64,000 nucleotides of DNA from Gemmatimonadota bacterium (GTDB taxonomy: Bacteria > Gemmatimonadota > Gemmatimonadetes > Palauibacterales > KS3-K002). The position numbers were made by a program, and so were the translations under genes. Shown piece after piece: positions 22,402-31,076 of this stretch. The notes under the pieces are model-generated. The model did no database searches. It had not been told where the DNA came from and was given only the letters and a program-made list of their open reading frames with translations. The stretch lies in the NCBI GenBank assembly GCA_039586495.1, contig JBDHKG010000020.1, positions 1,181 through 65,180 of the forward strand, written 5' to 3'. Position 1 is the stretch's first letter. Each line of letters begins with the position of its first letter.

Positions 22402-25400
22402 ATGCTCCGCCGCCTGATCTCCGGGGGTGCGGCCCTGCTGCTCTCCGCTGCCCTGGCCGCGCCGCTCCACGCACAGGTCGATCCCGAGCTGCTGGCCGGC
22501 ATGCGCGCCCGCTCCATCGGGCCCGCCGGGATGAGCGGCCGGATCGGCAGCGTCGACGCAGTCGTCTCGAACCCCAACATCATCTACGTGGGCACCGCGA
22601 CCGGCGGCGTCTGGAAATCGGTGAACGGGGGCGTAAGCTTCGAACCGATCTTCGACGACCAGCCGGTCCATGCCATCGGCGCCGTCCGGGTATTCCAGGC
22701 GAGCCCGGACATCGTTTGGGTGGGTACGGGGGAGGGTAACCCGCGGAACAGTGTGTCGGGCACGGGCTACGGGGTCTTCAAGTCGATGGACGCCGGTCGC
22801 AACTGGACGCACCTGGGTCTCGAGAACACCGAGCGCGTCCACCGGATCGCGCTGCACCCGTCGAACCCTGACATCGCTTACGTCGGCGCGATGGGCTCGA
22901 TGTGGAAGCCGAACCCGGAGCGCGGTGTGTTCAAGACCGAGGACGGTGGCCGGACCTGGCAGAAGATCCTCTATGTCGATGAGAACACGGGCGTCGGCGA
23001 CATGGAGATGGATCCGACGAACCCGAACAAGCTGATCGTGGCGATGTGGGAGTACCGGCGCTGGCCGTGGTTCTTCAAGTCGGGTGGGCCCGGTTCCGGT
23101 CTCTTCCTGACGGTGGACGGCGGCCGCAACTGGACGAAGCTGACGCCGGAGGACGGGCTGCCCGAGGGGGACGTGGGTCGCATCGGTCTGGCGATCGCGC
23201 CGTCGAATCCGAACATCGTCTATGCGCTGACCGAGGCAAGCGAGAACGCGCTGTACAAGTCGGAGGACGGCGGCTACACCTGGAGGAAGATCGACTCTGA
23301 GGGCACGATCGGGAACCGTCCCTTCTACTACTTCGACCTGCGGGTCGATCCCCAGGATCCGAACCGCGTCTACAGTCTCTATTCGCGTGTGGGCTTGTCG
23401 ACGGATGGGGGCAGGAGTTTCCAGGTGCTCGTCCGCGGCGGTGTCCATTCCGACCACCACGCGATGTGGATCAACCCGAACGATCCGTCACACATCATCG
23501 ATGGTAACGATGGCGGCGTGTACATCAGCCGCGATCACGGTCAGACCTGGCGGTTCGTCACGGACCTGCCGCTGGCCCAGTACTACCACATCAACGTGGA
23601 CATGGAGACGCCGTACAACGTGCTCGGCGGCCTGCAGGACAACGGGTCGTGGCGCGGGCCCAGCAGCGTCTGGGAGGACGGCGGGATACGCAATCACCAC
23701 TGGCAGCGGGTCGGCGGCGGCGATGGGTTCGCGACGCTGGCGCTCCCCAGCGACCCGAAGGTGGGCTACTCGATGAGCCAGGGGGGCAACCTGAGGCGCT
23801 GGAACGTTTACAGCGGCGAGTTCAAGGACATCCGGCCGGCACACCCGGATGGTGTCGAGTTGCGCTTCAACTGGAACGCGGCGATCGCCGTTGATCCCTT
23901 CGACCCGAACATCGTCTATTACGGCAGCCAGTTCGTCCACAAGTCGCCCGACATGGGCGAGACGTGGGAGGTCATCAGCCCGGACCTGACGACGAATAAC
24001 CCAGAGCGGCAGAAACAGCAGGAGAGCGGTGGCCTGACCTACGACGTCACCGGCGCCGAGAACTTCACGACGATCATGACGATCGCGCCCAGCCCGGTGG
24101 CGCAGGGCGTCATTTGGGTCGGCACCGATGACGGTCGTGTGCACGTGACCCGGGACGGCGGCGCGACATGGACGAGCGTGGAGCGAAACGTGCGTGGCGT
24201 GCCCGCCAACACCTGGGTACCGCACATCGAGCCATCGAAGTTCGACGCGGCGACGGCGTATGTGGTCTTCGACAACCATCGGCGCGGCGACTTCACGCCG
24301 TACGTCTACGTGACGCGCGATTACGGCCGGCGCTGGAGCAGCCTGGTGAGCGACGACATCTGGGGCTACGCGCTGGTGGTCGAGCAGGACCCGGTGAAGG
24401 AGGACCTGCTGTTCCTGGGGACGGAGTTCGGGCTGTACTCCAGTCTCAATGGTGGCCAGAGCTGGATGAAGTGGACGCACGGGTTCCCGACGGCGTCGGC
24501 GATGGCGCTGATCGTGCACCCGCGTGAGCACGACCTGGTGATCGGCACGCACGGGCGTTCGGTGTACATCATCGACGACATCCGTCCGTTGCGGACGATC
24601 TCGGCGGAGACAATGGCGCAGCCGATTTACCTGTTCGAGATCCCGGATGCCATCCAGTACCAGGAGAATCAATCTGCGGGTGAGGGTTCTCCGGGGCACG
24701 GCGCGTTCCGTGGCGAGAACCGGCCGTACGGTGCGCTGATCACTTTCTCCCTGAACATCGAGGGCCTGCCGCGCGCCAGCGCGCAGCAGCCTCAGCCGGG
24801 AGGGTCCGGGCAAGGGGGGCCGCAAAGGTTCGGGCAAGCGCGGCGCGGGCCGCAGGTGACGGTCGAGATCAGCGACTCGGACGGCGAGCTGATCCGCACC
24901 TTGCGGGCGCCGGCGCGGCTGGGTGTGAACCGGATTGCCTGGAACCTGCGGCGCGACGAGTTCAGGCGCCCGAGGGCCGCCGAAGAGCAGGAGGAGTTCT
25001 TCCGCTTCGGGCGCGGCGGGCCGGACGTGCTGCCCGGCAGCTACGGCGTGAAGATCAAGTACGGCGACCACGAGGCAACGGGTTCGGTGAACGTGCTGGC
25101 CGACCCGCGCTACGACATCACGCTGGCAGAGCGGGAGGAGAAGCTGGCGGCCATCATGTACGCCGGTGCCCTGCAGGAGGTGGTGGCCGACGCGGTCGAG
25201 CGCATCCGGGACACGCGTAGCGAGATCGACGATGTGCTCGAGCGGCTCAGGAGAGCCGAGGAAGAGAGCGGAGACGACGAGCTGCTGCGGGCAGGACGCA
25301 GCCTCAACACGGCGCTGACAGAACTGGAAAAGGAGTTCTGGTCGCCTCCGGGCAGCAGGGGCCAGCGCACTCCCCGGACGGACAACGTGCTCCGGCTGAT

Positions 25401-25614
25401 TGAGAGGGTGTCCAGCTCGCTCGAGTCGTCCTGGGACGCGCCGACGCAGGCCCAGGAGATCAACCTGCGGCAGGCGGAGGCGATGTTACAGGACGCTCTG
25501 GACGAGTTCAACCAAGTCTTCGCCGAGGACGTGGCCGAGTTCATCGACAAGGTGGAGGCAGTGGGGATCAGCTTCGTAAAGTCTACGGAGCCGCTAGCGA
25601 TGCCGCAGCGCTAG
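22402..25614 (+). CDS. Secreted BNR/Asp-box repeat protein (sortilin/VPS10-like, GH74-like beta-propellers), copy 1.
   Basis: 1070 aa. Signal peptide MLRRLISGGAALLLSAALAAPLHAQ. Repeated S-x-D-x-G-x-(T/S)-W motifs ('SMDAGRNWT', 'TEDGGRTWQ', 'TVDGGRNWT', 'SEDGGYTWR', 'TRDGGATWT'). Confidence 0.85.
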   Translation: MLRRLISGGAALLLSAALAAPLHAQVDPELLAGMRARSIGPAGMSGRIGSVDAVVSNPNIIYVGTATGGVWKSVNGGVSFEPIFDDQPVHAIGAVRVFQASPDIVWVGTGEGNPRNSVSGTGYGVFKSMDAGRNWTHLGLENTERVHRIALHPSNPDIAYVGAMGSMWKPNPERGVFKTEDGGRTWQKILYVDENTGVGDMEMDPTNPNKLIVAMWEYRRWPWFFKSGGPGSGLFLTVDGGRNWTKLTPEDGLPEGDVGRIGLAIAPSNPNIVYALTEASENALYKSEDGGYTWRKIDSEGTIGNRPFYYFDLRVDPQDPNRVYSLYSRVGLSTDGGRSFQVLVRGGVHSDHHAMWINPNDPSHIIDGNDGGVYISRDHGQTWRFVTDLPLAQYYHINVDMETPYNVLGGLQDNGSWRGPSSVWEDGGIRNHHWQRVGGGDGFATLALPSDPKVGYSMSQGGNLRRWNVYSGEFKDIRPAHPDGVELRFNWNAAIAVDPFDPNIVYYGSQFVHKSPDMGETWEVISPDLTTNNPERQKQQESGGLTYDVTGAENFTTIMTIAPSPVAQGVIWVGTDDGRVHVTRDGGATWTSVERNVRGVPANTWVPHIEPSKFDAATAYVVFDNHRRGDFTPYVYVTRDYGRRWSSLVSDDIWGYALVVEQDPVKEDLLFLGTEFGLYSSLNGGQSWMKWTHGFPTASAMALIVHPREHDLVIGTHGRSVYIIDDIRPLRTISAETMAQPIYLFEIPDAIQYQENQSAGEGSPGHGAFRGENRPYGALITFSLNIEGLPRASAQQPQPGGSGQGGPQRFGQARRGPQVTVEISDSDGELIRTLRAPARLGVNRIAWNLRRDEFRRPRAAEEQEEFFRFGRGGPDVLPGSYGVKIKYGDHEATGSVNVLADPRYDITLAEREEKLAAIMYAGALQEVVADAVERIRDTRSEIDDVLERLRRAEEESGDDELLRAGRSLNTALTELEKEFWSPPGSRGQRTPRTDNVLRLIERVSSSLESSWDAPTQAQEINLRQAEAMLQDALDEFNQVFAEDVAEFIDKVEAVGISFVKSTEPLAMPQR

Positions 25615-25640
25615 CTACCACGATCATCCGCACGCGAGGA

Positions 25641-25676
25641 GGGCGCCGGGGTCGCCGGCGCCCTCTGTGCTTCTGG
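25641..25676 (+). terminator. Candidate intrinsic terminator after BNR copy 1.
   Basis: 9-bp perfect stem gggcgccgg/ccggcgccc with loop ggtcg, followed by tctgtgcttctgg. Confidence 0.4.
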
Positions 25677-25752
25677 CCGCCCCGGCCGCTGACCCCTAAG
25701 TTGGAACCTGCCCAACCACCGAAACCCTGATCCAAAACTCGGGAGGCTGACC

Positions 25753-28700
25753 ATGCTTCGCCGCCTGATCTCTTCAGGTGCGGCCGCTCTGCTGATCGTT
25801 GCCCTGGCCGCGCCCCTTCACGCTCAGGTCGATCCCGAGCTGCTCGCCGGTATGCAGGCCCGCTCGATTGGGCCCGCCGGCATGAGTGGCCGGATCGCCG
25901 ACGTCGAGGCGGTCGTCTCGAACCCGGACATCGTTTACGTGGGCGCTGCCACCGGCGGCGTGTGGAAGTCGCTGAACGGTGGGCTGACCTTCGAGCCGAT
26001 CTTCGACGATCAGCCGGTCCACGCGATCGGCGACATCGCGATCTTCCAGGCCAGCCCCGACATCGTCTGGGTCGGTACGGGCGAAGGGAACCCCAGGAAC
26101 AGCGTGTCGGTGGGCAACGGCGTCTACAGGTCCCTCGACGGTGGCCGCAGCTGGACCCACCTGGGGCTAGACGAAACGGAGCGCATCCACCGCATCGCGC
26201 TCCACCCGTCTAACCCGGATGTCGCCTACGTGGGGGCGATCGGTAAGGAGTGGGGTGAGAGCCCGGAGCGCGGCCTGTTCAAGACGGAGGACGGCGGCGC
26301 AACCTGGCGGAAGATCCTCTACGTCAACGAGACCACCGGCGTCGGCGACATGGAGATGGACCCGACGAACCCCAACAAGCTGATCGTCGCCATGTGGGAC
26401 TATCGCCGCTGGCCCTGGTTCTTCCGCTCCGGCGGCCCGGGCTCGGGCCTGTACCTGACGGTGGACGGCGGCCGCAACTGGAAGAAGCTGACGCCGGAGG
26501 ACGGGCTGCCCGAGGGTGACCTCGGCCGCATCGGGCTGGCGATCGCGCCGTCGAACCCGAACATCGTCTACGCGCTGATCGAGGCGAAGGAGAACGCGCT
26601 CTACAAGTCGGAGGACGGCGGTTACACCTGGAGGAGGACGGGCGCGCGAGACAACATCGGGAGCCGGCCGTTCTACTACTTCGACCTGCGAGTCGATCCT
26701 CAGGATCCCAACCGGGTCTACAGCCTCTGGTCGCTGGTCAGCGTCTCGAACGACGGCGGCGCGAGCTTCGAGCTCTTGATGACGTGGGATGCGGCGCATC
26801 CCGATCACCATGCCATGTGGATCAGTCCGAACGATCCGACGCTGATCTACGAGGGCAATGACGGCGGCGTCTATGTCAGCCGCGATCGCGGAGAGACGTG
26901 GCGCTTCGTGAGCAACCTGCCGTTCGCCCAGTTCTACCACATCAACGTAACCATGGAGACCCCCTACAACGTGCTTGGCGGTCTGCAGGACAACGGGTCC
27001 TGGCGCGGCCCGAGCGTTGTCTGGGAGAACGGCGGGATCCGCAACCATCACTGGGAGGAGGTAGGCTTCGGCGACGGATTCGCGACGCTGGCCGATCCCA
27101 GTGACCCGATGATCGGCTACGCGATGAGTCAGGAAGGCTTCCTGACGCGTTGGGACCTGCGCACCGGCGAGCGCAAGGACATCCGGCCGGCGCATCCCGA
27201 GGGGATCGAGCTGCGCTTCAACTGGAACGCGGCCATCGCCATCGACCCCTTCGAGCCCAGCACCGTCTACTACGGCAGCAACTGGAACGCGGCCATCGCC
27301 ATCGACCCCTTCGAGCCCAGCACCGTCTACTACGGCAGCCAGTTCGTGCACAAATCCACCGACCGGGGCGACACGTGGGAGATCATCAGCCCGGACCTCA
27401 CCACCAATAATCCCGAGTGGCAGAAGCAGGCGGAGAGCGGCGGCCTGACCCTGGATGTGACGGGCGCCGAGAACTTCACCACGATCATCACGATTGCACC
27501 CAGCCCGGTGGAGCAAGCTGTGATCTGGGTGGGTACGGATGACGGCCGAGTGCAGGTGACCCGCGACGGCGGCGCGACCTGGGAGAGCGTGGAGCGGAAC
27601 ATCCGTGGCGTGCCGGCGAACACGTGGGTGCCGCATATCGAGCCGTCGAAGTTCGATGCGGCGACGGCGTTCGTGGTGTTCGACAACCATCGACGTTCGG
27701 ACTGGACGCCCTATGTCTATGTGACCCACGACTACGGGCGCAGGTGGCGGAGCCTGGCGACGGATGATCTCTGGGGCTACGCGCTGGTGATCGAGCAGGA
27801 TCCGGTGAAGGCGGACCTGCTGTTCCTGGGCACGGAGTTCGGGCTGTACGTGAGCGTGGACGGCGGGAGGGAGTGGCTGAAATGGACGCATGGCGTTCCG
27901 ACCGCCTCGGCGATGGCGCTGATCGTGCACCCGCGGGAGCACGATCTGGTGATCGGGACGCACGGGCGCGCGGCGTACATCCTCGATGACATCCGGCCGT
28001 TACGGTCGCTCACGGCGGAGACACTGGCCCAGCCGATCCACCTGTTCGACATCGCCGACGCGCAGCAGTACATGGTGAAGCAGACCGGCGCCTCGCGCTT
28101 CCCCGGCCACGCTGAGTTCCGCGGCGCGAACCGGCCGTACGGGGCGCTGATCACGTACTCGCTCCACATCGAGGGGTTGCCGCACCCCGACGAGGAGGTC
28201 GAGAGGCAGCGGAAGGCGGCCCAGCGCGAGGCCGGGGCGCCCGAGGAGGAAGCCGCCGGGGAGACCGCGGCGGCCGAGCGCGAGGGCCCGCCCGACCGCG
28301 GTCCCCAGGTCACCATCGAGATCAGCGACGCCGAGGGCGAGGTGATTCGCAGCTTCAAGGGCCCGGCGAAACTGGGGGTCAACCGTGTCGCCTGGGACCT
28401 GCGCCGCGACAGCTTCAGGCGGCCGCGCGGCGACGAGGAGATGTCCTTCTTCGAGCGCGGCGGCCCGGAGGTGCTACCCGGCATCTTCGGTGTACGCATC
28501 AAGTACGGCGAGCACGAGGCGACGGGCCCGGTCACCGTGCTGCCCGATCCGCGTTACGACATCCTGGGCGCCGATCGGGAGGCGAAGTTCGCCGGGATCA
28601 TGCACGCCGGCGCGCTCCGGGAGGTGGCGGCCGAGGCGATCGACCGCATCCAGGACACCCGCGCCGACATCGATGTCGTACTCGACAAGGCCAAGCAGGG

Positions 28701-29085
28701 TGAGGAGGGCGCGGAGAAATCGGCGGCGCGCTCCGAGGAAGAAAGCGCGAACAACGAGTTGATTGAGGCGGCCCGCGAGTTGAAGAAGACGCTCAAGGGG
28801 GTGGAGGAGCGGCTCTGGGTTCCGCCCGGCACCAAAGGCATTGTCGCCGAGACCGCGGTCTACTCGCGCATCGGGTACGTCTTGCGCGCCCTGAGCTCCT
28901 CGTGGGATGCGCCGACGCCGGCGCAGCAGACCTACACGCGTCAGGCGGAGGTGCGGCTCGAAGAGGTCCTTGCCGAGTTCAACCGTGTGTTCGCCGAGGA
29001 CGTGGCCGAGTTCCGGAACAAGGTCGAGGCGGCAGGGATCGAGTTCCTCGGGCCACAGGAGCCTCTGCAGATGCCGGAGCGCTAG
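25753..29085 (+). CDS. Secreted BNR/Asp-box repeat protein, copy 2 (tandem paralog of 22402..25614).
   Basis: 1110 aa, collinear with copy 1 over most of its length. It has an extra Glu/Ala-rich insert at about 28190..28290 and a 20-aa internal duplication. Confidence 0.85.
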   Translation: MLRRLISSGAAALLIVALAAPLHAQVDPELLAGMQARSIGPAGMSGRIADVEAVVSNPDIVYVGAATGGVWKSLNGGLTFEPIFDDQPVHAIGDIAIFQASPDIVWVGTGEGNPRNSVSVGNGVYRSLDGGRSWTHLGLDETERIHRIALHPSNPDVAYVGAIGKEWGESPERGLFKTEDGGATWRKILYVNETTGVGDMEMDPTNPNKLIVAMWDYRRWPWFFRSGGPGSGLYLTVDGGRNWKKLTPEDGLPEGDLGRIGLAIAPSNPNIVYALIEAKENALYKSEDGGYTWRRTGARDNIGSRPFYYFDLRVDPQDPNRVYSLWSLVSVSNDGGASFELLMTWDAAHPDHHAMWISPNDPTLIYEGNDGGVYVSRDRGETWRFVSNLPFAQFYHINVTMETPYNVLGGLQDNGSWRGPSVVWENGGIRNHHWEEVGFGDGFATLADPSDPMIGYAMSQEGFLTRWDLRTGERKDIRPAHPEGIELRFNWNAAIAIDPFEPSTVYYGSNWNAAIAIDPFEPSTVYYGSQFVHKSTDRGDTWEIISPDLTTNNPEWQKQAESGGLTLDVTGAENFTTIITIAPSPVEQAVIWVGTDDGRVQVTRDGGATWESVERNIRGVPANTWVPHIEPSKFDAATAFVVFDNHRRSDWTPYVYVTHDYGRRWRSLATDDLWGYALVIEQDPVKADLLFLGTEFGLYVSVDGGREWLKWTHGVPTASAMALIVHPREHDLVIGTHGRAAYILDDIRPLRSLTAETLAQPIHLFDIADAQQYMVKQTGASRFPGHAEFRGANRPYGALITYSLHIEGLPHPDEEVERQRKAAQREAGAPEEEAAGETAAAEREGPPDRGPQVTIEISDAEGEVIRSFKGPAKLGVNRVAWDLRRDSFRRPRGDEEMSFFERGGPEVLPGIFGVRIKYGEHEATGPVTVLPDPRYDILGADREAKFAGIMHAGALREVAAEAIDRIQDTRADIDVVLDKAKQGEEGAEKSAARSEEESANNELIEAARELKKTLKGVEERLWVPPGTKGIVAETAVYSRIGYVLRALSSSWDAPTPAQQTYTRQAEVRLEEVLAEFNRVFAEDVAEFRNKVEAAGIEFLGPQEPLQMPER
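27219..27339 (+). repeat. Perfect 60-bp tandem duplication (2 units) inside BNR copy 2. It is in-frame and duplicates NWNAAIAIDPFEPSTVYYGS.
   Basis: Unit 27220..27279 is identical to 27280..27339. Copy 1 has this motif once (FNWNAAIAVDPFDPNIVYYGSQFVHKS). Confidence 0.9.
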
Positions 29086-29121
29086 CTGCAGGCCTGAATC
29101 AGACTGGTACTTAGCCAACGA

Positions 29122-29161
29122 GCGAAGGGCGCCGCAGCGACGACGCCCTTCGCTTTGTCTT
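29122..29161 (+). terminator. Intrinsic terminator after BNR copy 2.
   Basis: 10-bp stem gcgaagggcg/cgcccttcgc with a 12-nt loop, followed by tttgtctt. Confidence 0.5.
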
Positions 29162-29201
29162 GGCTGGCATTCTGGGGATTGTTGGCTGGCTCCGCCCTTT
29201 G

Positions 29202-29705
29202 TCAGAGGCCCGGCCCGACGTTGAACAACACGCCGAGGCTCAGCACGAACTGTTCGCCGCCGTCCAACTCGAACCGCAGCTCGCCGAACGGGGTGACCGG
29301 GCCCGCGTTGTACTTGATGCCACCCAGCAGGTTGATGCCAACTTCAGTGTCAGACGCGTCCACGCCTTCAATGTCGACTGACGCGTGCGCGATGTTGATC
29401 CCGGTACCCGCGTAGGGCGTGAGCATCGGGACCTGCACCGGAATCCGGTAGACGATGTTCGCGTTCAGCTCCCAGTAGGTAACGTCGGCACCTCCCACCC
29501 CTTCGTCGGGGAAGAAGTAGTCGAACGTGCCGATGACCTCGAGCGGGACCTGCTCGAACGGTAGCCCGAGTACGACGCGGCCGCCGATACCGAAGTCGGC
29601 ATCGTCGCCCCAACTCAGCTGGCCGCCCAGGTCCACCTGGGCATAGGCCGCGCTCGGGACGGCGACGAGGGCCGCGAGACAGACGGCGACTAGCAGCCTT
29701 CTCAT
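29202..29705 (-). CDS. Outer-membrane beta-barrel protein (OmpW/OmpA-barrel-like).
   Basis: Internal start at 29705 gives MRRLLVAVCLAALVAVPSAAYAQ, with AGGAGG upstream. The sequence has alternating hydrophobic beta-strand patterns and ends '...VLFNVGPGL', an aromatic/hydrophobic C-terminus. Confidence 0.65.
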   Translation of the reverse strand: MRRLLVAVCLAALVAVPSAAYAQVDLGGQLSWGDDADFGIGGRVVLGLPFEQVPLEVIGTFDYFFPDEGVGGADVTYWELNANIVYRIPVQVPMLTPYAGTGINIAHASVDIEGVDASDTEVGINLLGGIKYNAGPVTPFGELRFELDGGEQFVLSLGVLFNVGPGL

Positions 29706-29995
29706 GGAAGCCTCCTGCGTTGAGGTGCGCTGGCTGCTCACCACGCAACCCGTCGCTCAGGTGAGTGGTGTGCGACGCCACGTTGCTAGCTGGTAACGGC
29801 TGTGGCAGGGGGTAGGGCAGACGCAGTGCGGACTGGCAGCAAGATGGCGGGTTGTGTGGCCACCCGTCAAGCGTGGCAGGGCGAGGAGGTGGGGGGCGGG
29901 TCTTGACGGGCGGCGGTGGAGCGGATATAGTTGGTACTGACAACTAGATGTGGACAACCAGCCCTGCCAGGAATCGCATCTTGAAGACGACCCGC

Positions 29996-30104
29996 GGTAT
30001 CATGTGGCTATCATGTGCTATCAGGTTGCTATCACGGTCCAGCGAACAGTCGTCACCTGCTATCACGCAACCGATCACGTGGGGATCAGGTAGCGATCAT
30101 CTAC
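29996..30104 (+). promoter_or_regulatory. Array of eight helically phased 'G(C/G)(T/G)ATCA(T/C/G)G' boxes upstream of arsM.
   Basis: ATCA cores sit at 29999, 30010, 30020, 30031, 30062, 30074, 30085 and 30096. Spacings are 11, 10, 11, 31, 12, 11 and 11 bp. The array ends 13 nt before the arsM ATG. Confidence 0.4.
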
Positions 30105-30116
30105 TGAGAGGAAGAC

Positions 30117-30971
30117 ATGAGCGAAAGCGATGAGATCCGTGAGGCGGTCCGCCGGCGCTATGCTGCCGCGGCGCGCCGAGCGCTGGAGGTCAAGCCGGCG
30201 AGCTGTTGTCCACCGAGTTGCTGTGGTGCGGAAGCTGGGGATACGACAGCTGACTCCGGGAGCGCGGAAAAAGGTGTGATCTCACGCGAACTCTACGCTG
30301 TCGGTGAAACGTCGCAGCTTCCGGAGGCCGCGGTGCTCGCCTCGCTCGGTTGCGGCAACCCCGCGGCCTTAGCGGAGCTGAGACCGGGCGAGGTCGTGCT
30401 CGACCTCGGTTCGGGCGGTGGCATCGATGTACTGCTTTCGGCGCGCCGCGTAGGGCCCACGGGCGTGGCGTACGGCGTGGACATGACCGACGAGATGCTG
30501 GACCTGGCGCGCCGTAACCAGAGGGAGGCCGGGGTCAGCAACGCCGAGTTCCTCAGAGGTACGATCGAGGATGTTCCGCTCCCTGACGAGAGCGTCGACG
30601 TGGTCATCTCCAACTGCGTGATCAACCTGTCCACGGACAAGGATCGAGTGCTACGGGAGGCGTTTCGGGTCCTGCGAGCTGGCGGCCGGTTTGCCGTTTC
30701 CGATGTGGTGTTTCAGGGGCGGATACCGGAGGAGATCCGCCGGAGCATCGAGGCCTGGAGCGGCTGCCTGGCCGGTGCGCTGCACGAGGACGAGTACCGG
30801 GCCAAGCTGGCCGCGACAGGATTCACTGACATCGAGGTGGAGATCACTCGCAGCTTCGAAGGTCAGGATTTGGAGGAGCTCGCCCGCGAGTTTGGCGTGA
30901 AAGTCGAAGAGAGCTGGCTGGCGGAAGGGCGTTTCTGCTCCGCCTTCATCCGGGCACGGCGTCCAAGCTGA
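30117..30971 (+). CDS. arsM: Arsenite S-adenosylmethionine methyltransferase (ArsM).
   Basis: Conserved Cys pairs ('SCCPPSCCG'), a SAM-binding motif 'VLDLGSGGGID' and a C-terminal Cys ('SGCLAG'). Confidence 0.85.
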   Translation: MSESDEIREAVRRRYAAAARRALEVKPASCCPPSCCGAEAGDTTADSGSAEKGVISRELYAVGETSQLPEAAVLASLGCGNPAALAELRPGEVVLDLGSGGGIDVLLSARRVGPTGVAYGVDMTDEMLDLARRNQREAGVSNAEFLRGTIEDVPLPDESVDVVISNCVINLSTDKDRVLREAFRVLRAGGRFAVSDVVFQGRIPEEIRRSIEAWSGCLAGALHEDEYRAKLAATGFTDIEVEITRSFEGQDLEELAREFGVKVEESWLAEGRFCSAFIRARRPS

Positions 30972-31076
30972 AGTGCGCCGGCGCGCCTTCGTCGTTGCGG
31001 ACGCAAAGGGCAGGCAGTAATCTGCTCGCGCCTGTGTAGCCGAATCTGCTGACATCGGCCTGTCGTAGGTTAGGGC

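Noticed and set aside
23488-25071. Long minus-strand ORFs (527 aa; also 22348..23460 and 26167..27963) opposite the BNR genes.
   Set aside because: High-GC antisense ORFs. The plus-strand frames carry signal peptides and repeated Asp-box motifs.
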